This document shows positions 12,431 through 28,020 of a stretch of 64,000 nt of DNA, piece after piece. The stretch's first letter is position 1; every line of letters starts with the position of its first letter. The stretch comes from Callorhinchus milii. Its lineage: Eukaryota. The notes under the pieces are model-generated. The model was not told the DNA's origin and made no database searches. It saw only the letters and a list, made by a program, of their open reading frames with translations. The translations under genes and the position numbers were made by a program. The DNA lies in assembly GCF_018977255.1 (NCBI RefSeq), contig NW_024704743.1, positions 67,272,001 to 67,336,000 of the forward strand, written 5' to 3'.

Positions 12431-15400
12431 CCATTACTTTGATTTAAAAGGAAACCAAAGTAATGGTCTCCTTTTAATTTTTCAGTTGTGAAAACTTGTG
12501 CCTATGACTTTTACTTTGATTTTATATTTCTGCTCAAGATCACAAAAGCTACTCAGATCAAAATGTTCCTTTAATCCATTTGACCTGAACCTTCCATAAT
12601 AACAACCCTCCATTCTTCAATTGCAGTATCACACTGTTTCTTAAATTAATCTTCTGTCCTGGTGTCAACCACTGTTGCTAACATCTTGTTTCAGCTGTTG
12701 ATTGCCCTCTGTGTATAGAAATTCTTCCATGAGTCCACTCTTCACAATTCTGCTCTGTCCTCCTGTCCTCTGGGCCTGATGCCTAGATATATCTGAAAGT
12801 ATTTTCTTCTAGGTTTACTTCTAATTATAGTATTCCTTGCATTTGATGTAACACCTTTCAAGTTGGGAGGAAGTCTCAAAATGCTTCACACAATTTAACA
12901 TAACATAACATGTTGGAGCAGGAGTAGGCCATTCGGCCCTTCGAGCCTGCCCCGCCATTCAATCATGGCTGATCTTCTAATCTAACTCCAGCTAATAACA
13001 TAACCCTGCCTTATCCCCATATCCCTTAATCCCTTTTGCAATAAGAAATATATCTATCTCAGTCTTACAATTTACTGTAAATTGTAGTGACTGTGTATTT
13101 TTGTAGCCAAACAAGGCAATTGATTTCGACACAGCAATGTCCCCAAACCAGCCATGAAATCAATAGCCAATTTTATTTGCAGGATTTTTAAAAAAATAGT
13201 GCCATGGAATCTTTAATATCCACCAGAACAGGTAGAAGAACATCAGTATAATGTATCAGCAGAATACTGTAGTAACTCACTCCCAACACTGCACTGGAAT
13301 GTTAGACGAAATGTAGAGTTTGAACACACAACCTCCTAACTCAAAGGCGAGAGTGCTACCAATTGAGCCAGGCTGATAACCTGAAATATATTGGGACACT
13401 TTATCCCAATATATTGAAGGCTTAACAAGCCTGAAATACATTCACAAAATATACAGTCAATTATATTACCCACAAATTATACTGTCAATTCACTTTACAA
13501 TGTATCCCGTGAAGGGCTTTGAGACATCTTGAAGATGTGAAAGGCGCTATATCAAATACAAGGATTATTATTATTAACATGCTATGCCGCTAACTGCCTC
13601 AAATCTTGGTTGTGAGTTGCCTTGATCAAGACAGCCATGGAAAAAGTAAGCTAAGGGGGCTGTTAGCTAGATGTCAGGCTTGCTCAGTTGGTAGCACTGT
13701 TGCCACTAAGTCAGAAGGTTGTGAGTTCAAGCCTCACGTCAAGACTCAGAGCTCATAACCTCGGGCTGACACTCCAATTGAATGTTAGGGTAGCTAAAAT
13801 CCAAGCACTGTATTATTTACTGGGTGCACTGCAAATCCTGGCCAATATTTCATTACAGTGTAACATTTGTGCTTCAGCAGTTTACTGACAAATTATGCAA
13901 CATTGAATATAATTTCACAGAAATGATAGCTGTGCAGTTGTACACTTCAATGATTTTTTAAAAAAAGAATTGACAGCAGCTGGAATTAAGAGGTTGAGTT
14001 TAATCAATGCTTGTTACTTGACCTATTAGTTATAACTATTAAGCTAACAATAAGTGATAGGGCTGAGCACTCGGCATGATTGCAAAGCTGAAGTGACTCA
14101 AATATTTTCCATCTTCTTTCTTTGTTCTTGCCAAGTGCTCTGAAACACAGCTGCTATTATTGTGCCAAGGACAGAACTCCAGTCAACAATAATGACTGAG
14201 TGTCTAAGGAGCTACATTTAACTTCTGGCATGGGAATAAGGCTATCTTCCACTGATTTAATTGCCATAAACCATAGCAACAACAAGAACAAGATTACATT
14301 TGAATAGCGCCTTTCACGTTGGGGGGACGTCCTAAGGCGCTGGACTGTGTACAGCATTTCAGCATTTCAGACCCGAGCTGGGGTCAGGGAGGGAGAAGGG
14401 AGGGGAGGGGAAGGGGGATGACTGATGGCATGGTCGAAAATAAATGATCTCAATGAAGGTATTATGATTAGAATATCTAACAACTCATGTTGAAAACCAG
14501 AATACTGTACTTGAAGGGAAAAGATGATCTGCAGAGAATATCTGATGTCTTGACTTCATATACTTTGCCCCTTGTTGTCATTCAAGATCATTACATTCGT
14601 ACCAACAATATCATCTTCCTTGTAGGATGGCATTTGGTGCTCGGTACAACCATATGTTCCACATGCTTTGTTAGAGGTTGGGGTGGCCTGTATGATGTGC
14701 TGGGGATAATAATCCCGTNAAAAAATTATTTGGTCACTCAATCCATGACTGTTTGTGGGACACTGCTGTGTGCAACTGGCTGCCGCATTTTGCCCACAAA
14801 ATATAGTCAATTCACTTTACAGTATATTCAGTGAAGCGCTTTGAGACACCTTAATGATGTGATAAGGCACTATATCAAATTGCAAGGATTATTATTATTA
14901 TCTGCTCAATTTTTCAGCTCACCAGCTGGCTGTGACCATTCCCCCCTACATTAATAGGGAGGAATGGATAATAATCCTTACATTTCATATAGCACTTTTC
15001 ATGACGGCTCAAACCGCTTCACGGGATATACTATACCGTGTAGTGATTCTGCACAGATGAACAGGCAGACAATTTGCGTACAGCGATGTCCCACAAACAG
15101 TGAAATAAACAATGAAGTGAAATAATCAGTTATATTTGGGGGATTGTTAGCCAGGAATTTGAAAGATGCAGTACAAAGGAACGTTTAATACTGACGAGGC
15201 TCGGCCCCATCCATGCTACCCACTCAGTAAGATTCTGAACTTGGCTCCATCATCAAAAGTAAATATAAAAAAGAAGCAAGATATTTCCATACAAGCATAA
15301 GTGGGTAGGACTGTATTCCGTTTGATCTATTTAGTGTTATCATTCTCTTCGTTCTTACCAAGGTGAAGAAGAACGCAATTTTTTTTAAAAAAAGGAATTG

Positions 15401-17313
15401 TGATTTTACTGCTATTGTGCATGATTTGTGAAAAATAATATTCAAGGGAATAAAATGAGTCGGAAAGCTGTTAAAAGGAAAAATTTGATACTTTAAAGAA
15501 TTATTGGAGACATGTCTTCACAGATATGCAATACACCCAGTAATAACGAATCCCTTGACAGCTTTATGAATCAGTGCTGAAAAATTATAGCTTTGATTTC
15601 TGACAGTTTTTCAAGCTATTTGAACTTCGTTATTATGCACCCTGCTGTGTATCTCTGTTCCTTAATGTCTTTGTGTTTACAGTCATTATTCCACACCGAT
15701 AAAGTTCCATCTTACTTGCAGGTCACTTGAGAATTGTGGCTATAAATGTAGAAACATGATATTTTGGATTAAACTAATCAGACAAGCACCAAGGCATGAT
15801 AAAAGCTGATTGCAGCTTTAAAAAATACATTAAAGAGTGCTGTAATTGTTTATTAAGGATAAACTTCTCCCCAGATTATAGGCTCCATTATTGCAGCAGA
15901 AGATGAGAAAAAGCTAAATGAAACATTAATTGAGTTCTTTGAACCTTGATAATAAGTCATAATTATGCACAATATGTAAATATATGATACTCCTATTCCA
16001 AGTGCAATATTCATGAATTTATAGGCATTGAAGCTTGAAAACGGGCAATTATTGTTAATATTTATTGGAAGCAAGTAGAATACATTCAAAATGAAACTTT
16101 TCAGCAGCACCAGTGGAAGCGAATTATACGAAATGCATTCAGATGAACCGAAAAAAACTTTAATTATAGTGCACATTACTTTGAACATTACCGAGCACTT
16201 CCTAACATTTCTACCAGATTTATAATAAGTGTAATCCTGTGGAGAATTCACAAAAAAGTAGATGAGTTAACCCTACCCCACCTTAGTGCCCTGGATGAAT
16301 TCCTATTAAGCATTAAGCATTGTGTTATTTGGTCAGGCGGGTATGGAAACCTGTCACCAAACTTAAAAGTATTTAAACCAGATTGAAAGTTCAACATATT
16401 TATGCCACCTACACATGTAAATTTCCCTGTGTCTCAGTGGAATACATTGCATTGGGGGTTCTGGTGGCATCTAACCAAGTAAAACCCTATGGCTTGCCAT
16501 TGATAGCACTGTCATATCAGAACAGCTTGGAGTAATGTCCATTCCCCCCTCCCACGCACTGTTCTCCGACTCAGGAATCAGACTACCGAGACCACCACAG
16601 CGGACTGACTTGATTCCGACATTCCGTTGCTGTGCACATCACCTTGGAACCAACTCAGTTCCAAGAGGAACTCACTTACTGGCCCACCTGCCCCCAAGAG
16701 GATAATCTCTCACATCGGGAAGACGTCCTAAAGCACTTAATCGCTTAAGTGAAATTTGACCTCACTAATCCATGATTTTATCTTTGTAGTCTGCAGCTAG
16801 GTAATTGAGACAGCAATTCCCCCATTTGCTTGTAAGCAAATGACTATTTTCAGGTACAGTCCAGCGCTTGTATTCAGTATTTAAAGGAGAATTCTGAAGC
16901 TTTTGTCTGTCGTTAATGCATTGTGCCCTACCAGCAACTTCCATGTGCCAAGCTTGATTCAACTATAAGTTCATCAAAGCCATTTACTAGAAATTGCACT
17001 GACTAAAACATGTTTGAATTATTTGTATTGTTTGAAACACCTATAAGTTACAAACTGATGGATTAATGCAATTCATACTTAACAGCTGGAGGAAAGTGAA
17101 AGGAAAATCATAATGTAACTGAAGTGGCTTGTAAGCTAATTGTTACTTTTTGATTTGTATCCACATCCTTGTTTTTTTATTATTATTTGTTCTTCTAATG
17201 CATATTCAGTTCCAATGTCCAGAATGTACATATTAAATTAGCTTGCCTTGTAGCTAAATACATTATTCTGTTAAGATATGGTTATGTATGAAATCCCTTT
17301 CACCCTCCCCTCA

Positions 17314-17586
<273 letters not shown>

Positions 17587-18848
17587 TTAAATGGTAAGAG
17601 ACGAAGATTAAATATGAAAGTTATTTATTTCATGCAGATGGATTTTGGCCACCCCAATTAGATCACCCTTCAGACACCAATATTAAGCAACTAAACGCTC
17701 TGAGACACTATCCTGCGTGAGGGCCACTATATAAATGCAAGTTGTTGTAAGCAAAAGTAGGGTGTAAGGTGTAACTTACCAAATAAAACTACTTTCAACT
17801 CAGGATCACAAAATGGCAGTACTAGGATCTTAGTGGAGTAGAGCACTTACTTGGAGAGGGTAGTATTAAGGAATGCTTTAAGGAACCCTGCAAATTTTAC
17901 CCTAATACTGTATCGCAAAAGTTAAATGTGTGATAACACAAAATTCCTCTACTGTTTGCCAAGACAGAACTTTTCCAAGAAAACACGATAAAACTATCCC
18001 ACGGACTCTATCTGTGTATAACCTACTGTCGTGTATTGTAAAGGAACCACCTGTCATGTGGTTCAGGTGCTATTATGAACGCTACAGTGCATTAGTTCCT
18101 TGAGACACATTCCAAAGTGTATTATTTGACATACAGATGAAACGTGTTGTTTGTGGGTTTTTGTATTCTACTTCCAGCAAGTGGCTTTATGCTGCAGGTG
18201 TTGTGACAGCACTCAGCAATAAGCTCCTGTGATTAATTATCATGATTACTGTGGCATGTGGTTTGAACGAAAGTAATATAGGGTCTTCTCTCATTGCATG
18301 TTACAGGAGAATAACACACTCAGTGTATAGTGAGCTATAATGATGTTTAATTCTTCCTCATATGAATGGTGCATTGTGAAGATTATATTTTCTGGAAATT
18401 CAAAGAGTTGAACTGGTGACATTGGATTCTACTACGGCATATTTGCAGATCGTCTCTTCAATCTATTCCCCTCTAATATATGTAGTCAGCCCAACCAGAA
18501 AGATCCATTAAATTGGAGCTTATTGTAATGCGAGATTCATTCATTTACAAAAGTCGATCAAATTTTTAACCAATTAAAGTTTGCATTGCTTAACAGTTCA
18601 CACTATTTAAATTACTTTTCCATCCAACTTATTATACCCATTCACATTTACTTAAGTGAAACCATAATTGGTCACATTCTATTCACAATTACTGTAGTTT
18701 GTTGATTGACACGATTTAAGCCTTTATTCAACCTTACAGAGAAGTTAATTTCTCCAGCAACTTTAGTAGTTTGCAAGCAATATTATTTATTGAATATTAT
18801 TATTATTATTATTTATTGAATAAATAATTGATTAAATAATAAATTATT

Positions 18849-19142
18849 ATCTAATCTCTCCCCTTCAAGAAAATGATCTGTTTTTCTATTTTTGCTACCT
18901 AGGTGAATAACTTCACACTTCCCCATATTAAATTCCATCTGCCACCTACTCGCCCACTCCCCTGGCCTATCTATATCCCATTGCAATCTTTTTGCATCAT
19001 CCTCAGAGCTTAATCTCCCACCTAGTTTAGTGTCATCCGCGAATTTGGATACGTTACATTCAATGTCCTCGTCTAGATCATTGATGTAAATTGTAAATAG
19101 CTGAGGCGCAAGCACTGATCCTTGTGGCAATCCACTAGTCAC
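18849..19142 (-). mobile_element. CR1 LINE internal RT fragment
   Basis: SGLPQGSVLAPQLFTIYINDLD...SKFADDTKLGG. Confidence 0.92.
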
Positions 19143-19869
19143 TCCACTAGTTCAGGTCAGGGACTGGACCCGTTTTAAAAACACAGCTTAATGCTATAGT
19201 GGGAGGATGGTAGGTTAGAGTTCTGCAACAATGAGATCAGATGAAATAAAGGATCTTCTTCATGAAGTGCTTTGAGATGTCTCAATGAGGTGATAAAGTG
19301 CTATATCGAACGCAAGGATTATTATCCAAATCAATCTTGTGATTTCTGTGTCTTTTTTTTACTCAGGGTACTTTCAGCGTGAATAGGTGAACTAACATTG
19401 TAACCAAATATATTGGTGTTTTCATAATGCTACTTTTGCATAAATACTTGAAGAAGCAGAAGAAAAACAGTTAAAGGGATAGTAAAAGGCAACGGAACAG
19501 AAATGAATAGATATCGCAGGTAGGGCAGATAGTTCTAGCACAGCACAATGGGTCAACTTTGGCTTCAATACTACAGACTGTGAAGCTGAAATTTAACTTT
19601 TTCTTAGATTGTCTTAAAATTTAAGAGAACATGTAGAGTTGTGGAAAATTCATTTCAGGCAGTTCAGTTCCAAGGAGATCCCACTTACCTCCAAGGAGGA
19701 TAGTCACACATTAGGAGATTGTTTGGACCATTGAGCTGGTGCCTGAGCTATCTACCCTACTGGTGATATCTTCTCATTCCCATTACATTGTCCTTTGTCT
19801 ATCCCTTTTACTATTATTCTTGTTCTTGTTCTTCTTCTGCTTCTTCAAGTATTTTTTAAATTTCCTGGT

Positions 19870-20386
19870 AACAGCCTGACTCAGTTGGTAGCAGTCTCAT
19901 CTCTGGCTCAGAAAGCTGTAGATTCAAATCCCATTTCCAGGACCCAGAGCTTATGGTTCAGGCTGACACTCCAATGCAATGCTGAGGGAATGTTGTATTG
20001 GAGTTGCTGTCCATCAAATGAGATTTTAAACCTGGTTAAGGTTAAATCTGCCTGATAAGGTCTTTAGGGTCCACTGTAAAGCAGTATTGATAAGGTGGAT
20101 ATTAAAGAATTAATGCCACAATTTGAAAAGAGAAGGGAGTTTCTCCTGATGCCTTGGCCAAAAGTTATTTAAATTGTTCATTCACTTTCTAGCTGTTTAT
20201 GGGACATTGCTGTGCACAATATGGCAACCACATTTGCAACAAAAACATCTTGCATTTATATAGTGCCCTTTATAGGGTTAATATCTCGGAGCACTTTTAC
20301 CATTTGCCTACTAATACACTTTCCTGAAAACTTTGTGAAGAGCTTTCTTGATGTGATAAGGCACTGAATCAAATGTAAAGATTATT
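19870..20386 (+). mobile_element. Older Deu-domain SINE with small internal insertions
   Basis: Head, core and tail recognisable; an inverted L2-type tail lies inside at ~20245-20300. Confidence 0.65.
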
Positions 20387-22356
20387 CGTACTCGATTCAC
20401 ACACAAGTGAACTCTGAAACTTTCAATAAGACGATCAAATGAGGTAGCACCTTTCTATCTGAGACGATTAAAATCAGACATGACACACACCTGAACTTTT
20501 CTCTGGCTCATCTTTCAAGATACAAACACAAAGTAATGCATGTGAGACACATACCCAATTGACATTATGTGAAGTGGTCTCAGGTAAGAAAAGGATTAGA
20601 TCCAAGCACAATCAAAGTGGACATTCCTGTCAGCTCTTCAGACCTTTGCTGAACTGCGTAAGATGAGAGCACAGTCATACTTATCAATTCATTTGACAGT
20701 CAATCCTTACGTTTGCAGCTGAAGCCAAAGATCAGGAAAAGAGTGAGCATTCAAATTCTATGGATGATAACTGACAGGCAGATTAAACTGAATCATTAGA
20801 TGACACTGGATGAAAAGCAATCAAGCCTACAGTTTCTGCAACCTTTAATCCTTTGACTCCTTAACTGAGAAAGACCAAACTTGAATTTAGAATAATCTTG
20901 GCTAAGTATTTTGATTGAGCATTGTAATGATTTTTCCCTGCTTAATCCAGATATTTGGAACAGCATCTCTGGGAAAGCTCATTGTGGGCTGAGAACACTG
21001 ACCATGTGCATATTGATGCTTCATTACATTTAGTTTCAGGGTTTGAAGCGCAATTGACACTCTGATTGTCTCATTGTCTGATTGATTTGATGTATCTAAT
21101 TATTCAGAGTTTGTTGAATCAGTGTTTTCCTAGAAATTCCAATTATTCTGAATCATTCCTCACCTTTCCTATGATTTCAGGGTACTTACTGTTGATCAAT
21201 TGCTAAAACCAATCACTCCAAACCACTAACTGACACTCTGTTGATATTGCCTGTAACAAACAAATCCCAAACTGCTGCAGTATCCACAACTAACATGAGC
21301 TACCAGTAAAGAAAGTCAATATAATTTTCAATTGCCATTTTTCAGTAATTGAGGCCAATTTTATGGTGCAACCCTGCAGTGAAGCATAAAATTAATAGTA
21401 AACCTAACATACATTTTCTTCGTCTTTAGCTTTCTCCCATAGAACCATAGCAAAGTGCCCCCCGCCCCCACCACTGTTTTTCTGTTTTGATAACCCATCC
21501 AAAGATCTATCTCTTTGACTGAACTCTGAACCACATCCCCCACAACCTTTATTTGCAGGATGGACTGAATGGCCATTCATTCTGGCTCTTTGAGCAATCC
21601 ATTCTGTTTCATTTACATGTCTTTTCTCTACTCCTCTTCAAATTATTCATTTTTAGATGTTTATCTACTTGTAGTTAACATCGATGCTGCCTCTACCACT
21701 GTTCTCAGCAGGGCATTGATGATAATGTTCATGTGCCATCTCCCTGCCCAATCAACTAGTCAACTATGTCTTGCTGCAGTTTCTTACAATTTTCTTCACT
21801 ATCAGCTACAATTTTAACACTCCCTATTTATGTGTCATCAGCAAACTTGTGCTAATTCTATGGCAATGGAGTCGGCTGGTTTTCTCCGTGAAATGATGTC
21901 ACAATCATATACAGTCACAGTATATCCTGTGAAGTGCGTTGAGGTGTCTCGACGATGTGATTAAGGTGCTATGTCAAATGCAAGGATGATGATCACAGGA
22001 TCGCTGATGTGGAAGCGCTAATCGGCAGCTGCTCTTGATCAAGCTCCACTATTAGCCATTCGCAAATATTGACTCCTGTTGCAACCCAAGGTGCATAGTG
22101 CAGACCTGCGGGAACGTCATTCTATGAACAGATTTTGTAGAGGTGGAATTTCAGCAGGATAATGATTTGTACTTATACAGTGCCTTTTATCTGGGAAAAA
22201 TATCTCAAAGCATTTCACAAAGACAGAGTGGGAACTAAGTGGGTGGGGGAGGTGTAAGATGGCTGAAGGTTCAGTCAAAGAGATAGTAAAATGTCACATC
22301 TCATGCATAATATAGCTGTTTGAGTAGTTACTTTTTACAATCTGATCAATATTTTA

Positions 22357-22692
<336 letters not shown>

Positions 22693-23914
22693 TCAATTAA
22701 TAACATGCCAAAACTGAATGCAATAGACCAGTACATTAATCCGTCTTTTGAACGTTAAACCAAGGTCCGGTGGGCCTGTTCAGGTGAATATATACTCGAA
22801 AAGAAAAGAGTTTCTCCCAGGTGCCCTGCCCAACAATCGCCCTGCATAAAACTGGTCATTCACTTCATGGTCGTTTGAAGGACATTGTTATTCACAAATA
22901 GGCTGCCGCGTTCAAAAACATACAAAATACCATCAATGTGGATCCTGTAAAGCGTCTTTTGCCATTCTCCCGACATGGAGGCGCTATGTCAAATGCAAGG
23001 ATTATTATTATCAATACTTGATTTGATACAGTGCTTTATCATGTCAAAATATCAAACTCTTTATAAAAAAAAGTTTTGCTTTGAAGTGCAATGCAGACAA
23101 ACAGAACAGCTAATTTACCCCACCAACTTTTCACAAATAATGAGATGAATCGTAATGTATTTGCTGTTTGGAGGGAATATTAACATCCACTGGGAGAATT
23201 TCTGGCTCTTCTTCAAAGCACAGTAGTGCTATGGAATTGCTATAGAAATTCAAACTGTTGGAATAATCCAGACCTTGCTTTAAGATCTCAGCCAAAGGTT
23301 AACAATAATGCAGCACTCTCTCAGTACTGCACTGCAGTCTCAGTCTAGATTAGGAACTCATATTGGAAGAATCTCACCCACAGCCTTCTAGCCTGGAGCT
23401 TAGAGTACCAGATGTGAGAGTCCCACAAGTGGATCTTAACTATTATGATGAACAGCTATGCCAATGATCAATTAAGCTGTTTGGAAGGTCAGCTATGACA
23501 ATTATCAGTGAAACAATATAACTATACCTAAAGTTTCCTGTTTCTAAGCTTTATGCTGAATTTCCAGATGTCATTGCATCCTTAATTTTTTTCTGACTCA
23601 ACATGACTTCAAACGAAAGCTCATCTTCCAGATAAAATTAAATTGTTGTGAAGACCATGGATTATTTTAATTCCAACATTTTGGCACAGGATACCAGAAG
23701 ACAGATGGACAGGATCATAGTTTTATTTCTCTTCCCAAAGGGAAAGTAGCAATTACAATGCTAGGCTGAATGATAAACATTTCAGAAGTAATCTGCTAAC
23801 TGTCCTCATTCCAAGTAAAATAAATGGAGAAAAAGGCAAAGAAGTGTGATTTGTTGATCTGGCTTTTATTAACCCACATCTGGAATAGAAATATACAACA
23901 GCATTTATTTTCTA

Positions 23915-24270
23915 AATAATAATAATCATTGCATTTGGCATAGAGCACCTTTCATGTTGGGGGAACATCCCAAAGCCCTTCACAGGACATACTGTAAAGT
24001 GTAATAATTGTTTTTTCGGCAAATGCAGAAGCAAAATTGCACAGAACAATGCCTCACAAACATCCATCACACGAATCACCAATTTTATTTGGGGATAGTT
24101 GGCCAGGACACCAGGAGAAACTCCCTTCTCTCTCTGATAGTGCCATGGGATCTTTAATGTCAGTTTGAACAAGCAGAAGGAGCCCCGGTTTAACTTCTCA
24201 TCCGAAGTACGGCACCTCCAACAATGCAGCACATCCCTAGCACTCCTTTGGAGTGTCAGTTTAGACTATA
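23915..24270 (-). mobile_element. Older Deu-domain SINE
   Basis: tagtgccatgggatctttaatgtc..tgaaca.gcaga..ggagccccggtttaac is the reverse complement of the Deu core. Confidence 0.8.
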
Positions 24271-24974
24271 CTAGCTCTACCCATTGCAGCTACACTTGCA
24301 ATTAAAGGATCCAATATGGAATGTAGATTTCAGTGTACCACTCACAAACTGTTTAACATGCCAAAAACACTGTGTGTACACCTTAAGCAAAACTGCCATA
24401 CATGTGTGATGAGCTTGTTTAGGTTGTAGCTCATCAACTATAGGAGACCCCTCCCAAAAATATGCCCACGGCACTCCCCTATGCAAGAGCTTTCCAATGA
24501 GGTTTAAATCAGGTGTCTACGTCAATCAGTTATTGCGTTCTTGGCAGACACACACACAGACATTTTGTCTTCATTAGTATATAAGTGAATTCTAGGTCCT
24601 GATGTAGAGCTTGAACCCACAACCATAATTGAGACATTAGACTCAGAGGCGAGAATGCTACCAACCGAGCTAGGCTGACACATATTCACATTCTTCTACT
24701 TAAATATGACTTTTAAAAACAATCCAGGAGCCAAGGCAATCCAATAACTCTATCACATTTGATTGATTTGCTTGGCTGTAACCACAATTTTTTTTTACTT
24801 TGAATTATAATAAAGTGCAGAGCAAGGTGATACAATTTGGGTTTCTGGTTAAGTAGAACTCATAGCAATACAACAACAACAACAACAACAACAAGATTCC
24901 ATTTATAAAGCGCCTTTCACGTCAGGAGGACGTCCCAAGGCGCTGCACAGTTGGGTCATGACCCGAGCAGGGGG

Positions 24975-25066
24975 GAAATGGTCAGGGTGAGGGGAGGGAA
25001 GGGAGGGAGCGAGGAGGGGGGAAATGGTCAGGGTGAGGGGAGGGAAGGGAGGGAGCGAGGAGGGGG
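24975..25066 (+). repeat. Perfect 2 x 46 bp purine-rich tandem duplication inside an L2 3' UTR
   Basis: gaaatggtcagggtgaggggagggaagggagggagcgaggaggggg occurs twice. Confidence 0.92.
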
Positions 25067-26574
25067 AAGAGAGTCGAGAGGGGAGCTGAAGGCTCGGTCA
25101 AAGAGAAAATAGAATAGAAACTAGAATATAAAATGTAGGACTTCAAAATGCTAGATCCTAATAACCAAATCACATGGCAGATGTGAAAATAATTAGACTT
25201 TTACATAGTCTGATGAATATGTTGGCCTGGCTCTTGTTGGGACTTAAGGTCATAACTTAGGTTAACATTTTAATGAAGTTTCTGAGCTTCTGTCTTCTTA
25301 CAGCTGGGTTCTGATTTTGGAAATCTATTTAATTATCTGATTTCACTATTGAACGTGATCATTGGAATAGATCTGATGTTGTTTCTCAGAGGAATCCAAA
25401 ACTGGTTTGAATGATGCACCACACTTCTCAGAAGTACTGAGTTATAGCTTTAAAAAGATTGAGAAAAAGAAGATTCTCTGCTCACTAATGGGTGATACTT
25501 GTCCAGTTTATTGTTGTTTAGTATCAAGATGTTTAAAGTTGAAGAAATACAAAGTTTTCAAAGGTTGACAGTTTATCTGAAGCCTGAAAGCCCAATAATT
25601 CAGATGCTAGATATTCCAAGCGCTGAGTCCTTTATTGGAGAATGGGGTTAAATGATTTATTAATTCCTTGGAGTGCTTAGGTGTTGGTTTTTCCCTCAGA
25701 TTATCCATATTGTTAAATGTAATTTCTGGAACATCTGTACCACTCTTTACATTTCCTGAATACTTGCTCCAAATTAACAAGGTGATCTAAAGTACAACTG
25801 TTTCAAAATGATGTGTTTTGTTAGATAACACTGCACAGTGTGTTAAGCTGCAGTAAAAGAAGACGCATTGATCTAGTGCCATACCACAATGAGGTCTGTG
25901 GCTGAGATGTTGCTACATTTAATCAAACACTTCACCACTTCAAAACATAGTCTTCATTGAATAATAATCGTTGCATTGGATATAATGCCTATCTTGTCGA
26001 AATGTCTCCACCACTTCACAGGTAATTACTGTCAAATGCAGTGACAACAACAACTTGCATTTATATAGTGCCCTTCACTCCGGACGGTGTTTCGGAGCGC
26101 TTTACGGAGTGATGTATTTGTCTACAAATGTGGCAGTAATTGTAGCACTTAGTAGTCTCGCTCAAAACTGCACAGCCATCAGCTAAATGAACAAATGATC
26201 TTGAGAGTTGTTGCTCATGAGAAACTCCTTTCACTTTTTGAATAGTGCCATAGGATTGTTATCACCCACCTGAACAGGCAGACACGACCTTGGTTTAACA
26301 CCTCAGTCAATACAGTGATCCACTGGTACTGACCAGACTATGAGCTCAAAATTCCAAAGCTTGAACCCATAATCTTCCCGCACAGGCGAGAATTCTACCA
26401 ATTGAACTAAATTGCTATTTCAGACCAACTGAAGGGCAAACTAACTACAATATGAATTAGTGGAAGAGACGATACTCTTTTTCAGTAATGCTACCAATGG
26501 TATGTAATCCATTAAAGTAAAACTAAATCGTATTTTGTTTGTCTGGAGAGGCTATGGGAGCTCTTTAAATGTTA

Positions 26575-27236
26575 TTGCATCTCCATCCATGGATGTACAC
26601 TCCACCTTACTAAGCCAGTCAGGAAGTTTGGCGTCTTGTTTGACCCACAACTATCCTTTCTACCACACATCTATGCCATGACCAGCTCTGCCTTCCCCCA
26701 CCTTGGCAACATCGCCCGGCTCAGCCACTGTCTCACACCACAGGCTGTTGAAACCCTCATATATGCTTTCATTACATCAAGGCTTGACTATACAAATTTG
26801 TTGCTTGTCGGCCTCCCCAAATCTTCCCTCCATAGGCTGCAGATCATCCACATCTCTGCAGCCCATGTCCTTTCCCGCACCAGGCTGTACCTCTGTGACC
26901 TCCTAACCCCCTACCATCCTGCTCGCTCCCTCTGCTCAGCAGGGTCCAGCCTGTTTCACGTCCCCTGCCTCACTCAACCCACTATTGGTCGGCGGACCTT
27001 CTGCCACTCTGCCCCACCCCCTGGAACTCCATCCTGTAGTCTCTCCCTCTCCCTTGCCTCCTTCAAGACCCATCTCAAGACCTGCCTTTTCGACCGTGAA
27101 TTTGATCACCTTGCTTCCCCCCCTCCACCCTCCCCAATCCTGACCCACAACTCGGGTCTGCAACTCGGACTGTCCAAAGCTTTGGGACGTTCTCCTGACG
27201 TGAAAGGCGCTATACAAATGTTATTTTGTTGTTGTT
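26575..27236 (+). mobile_element. L2 LINE 3' fragment
   Basis: ETLIYAFITSRLDY..LL.GLP...LHRLQ; pyrimidine-rich UTR; tail gtgaaaggcgctatacaaatg..(ttg)n. Confidence 0.9.
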
Positions 27237-27719
27237 GTATTCTACACAGGTAATTAAATGTACACTCATGTTAATAATCTTGTGCTATCCTTACTTACAG
27301 GACAACACACAAGAGAACAGACTAAATCAAACCTGATAAAGCCAGTTCCTTGATGTTATCAATGCATAGAAAGCAAAAAGAACTTCTCATAACTTCATCT
27401 GTCGCATTAACCTAGATAAAGTACATCAGCAATCTAATTATTAGAGTCCTACAGGCATTGCTGTGGCAGGAACATTATTTCTGTGCTGGAGTGTCAACGG
27501 TGTTAAGGCTCTAAAGTAAGTTTATTGTTTATATCATTATAAGGACTGTAAACATAGTTAAATATATATTGCAAACTTCTAATTTTGGCATGTGTCAAAG
27601 TTGCCAAGTGTAATTTGAGCTTTGGTTAAAATAGATTTTCTGAGGATCTAACTCATGACGTGAAGAACATGAAATATCACACGTTGTAACAAGCTACTCT
27701 GCAATATATAGCTCGCATG

Positions 27720-28020
27720 CACTGGTTTTCAGACTGGACTTGAAAAAGGGAAGAGTGGGGGCAAGGCAAAGGGATTGAGGGAGAGTGTTCCACAATTTTA
27801 GAGCGCAGTGGCTGAAAGTGCGACCTCCAATTGTGGAGCAGAGGGTGCGAGGGACGAGCAGGAGGCCAGTGCCAGTTGAGCAGAGTCGCTGGGTGGTGTA
27901 TTGGGGAGTGAGGAGGTCGGAGAGGTAGGGAGGTGCCAGGGAGTGAATGGATTGGAACACGAGTGTGAGGATCTTGAAGTCAATCCGTTCGATGATGGGG
28001 AGCCAATGGAGCCTGGCAGG
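27720..28020 (-). mobile_element. L2 LINE fragment
   Basis: RLHWLPI..RIDFKIL, APPYLSDLL and LWNTLP motifs on the minus strand. Confidence 0.88.

Noticed and set aside
14719..14719. Ambiguous base n (another at 46143)
   Set aside because: Assembly ambiguity beside homopolymer runs, not biology.
15853..16251. 132-aa ORF
   Set aside because: AT-rich, I/N/Y/F-biased chance ORF with no recognisable motif and no splice-compatible place in CNTNAP2.
16238..16430. Possible ancient MITE with GG..AATT-like ends (similar vague candidates near 7845, 22000, 28155 and 31600)
   Set aside because: Inverted ends are too degenerate and no target duplication is visible; not supportable by eye.
26636..27253. 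205-aa ORF as a host gene (likewise 32215-32727 and 36450-36988)
   Set aside because: These are degraded L2 ORF2 C-terminal fragments with internal deletions and L2 tails.
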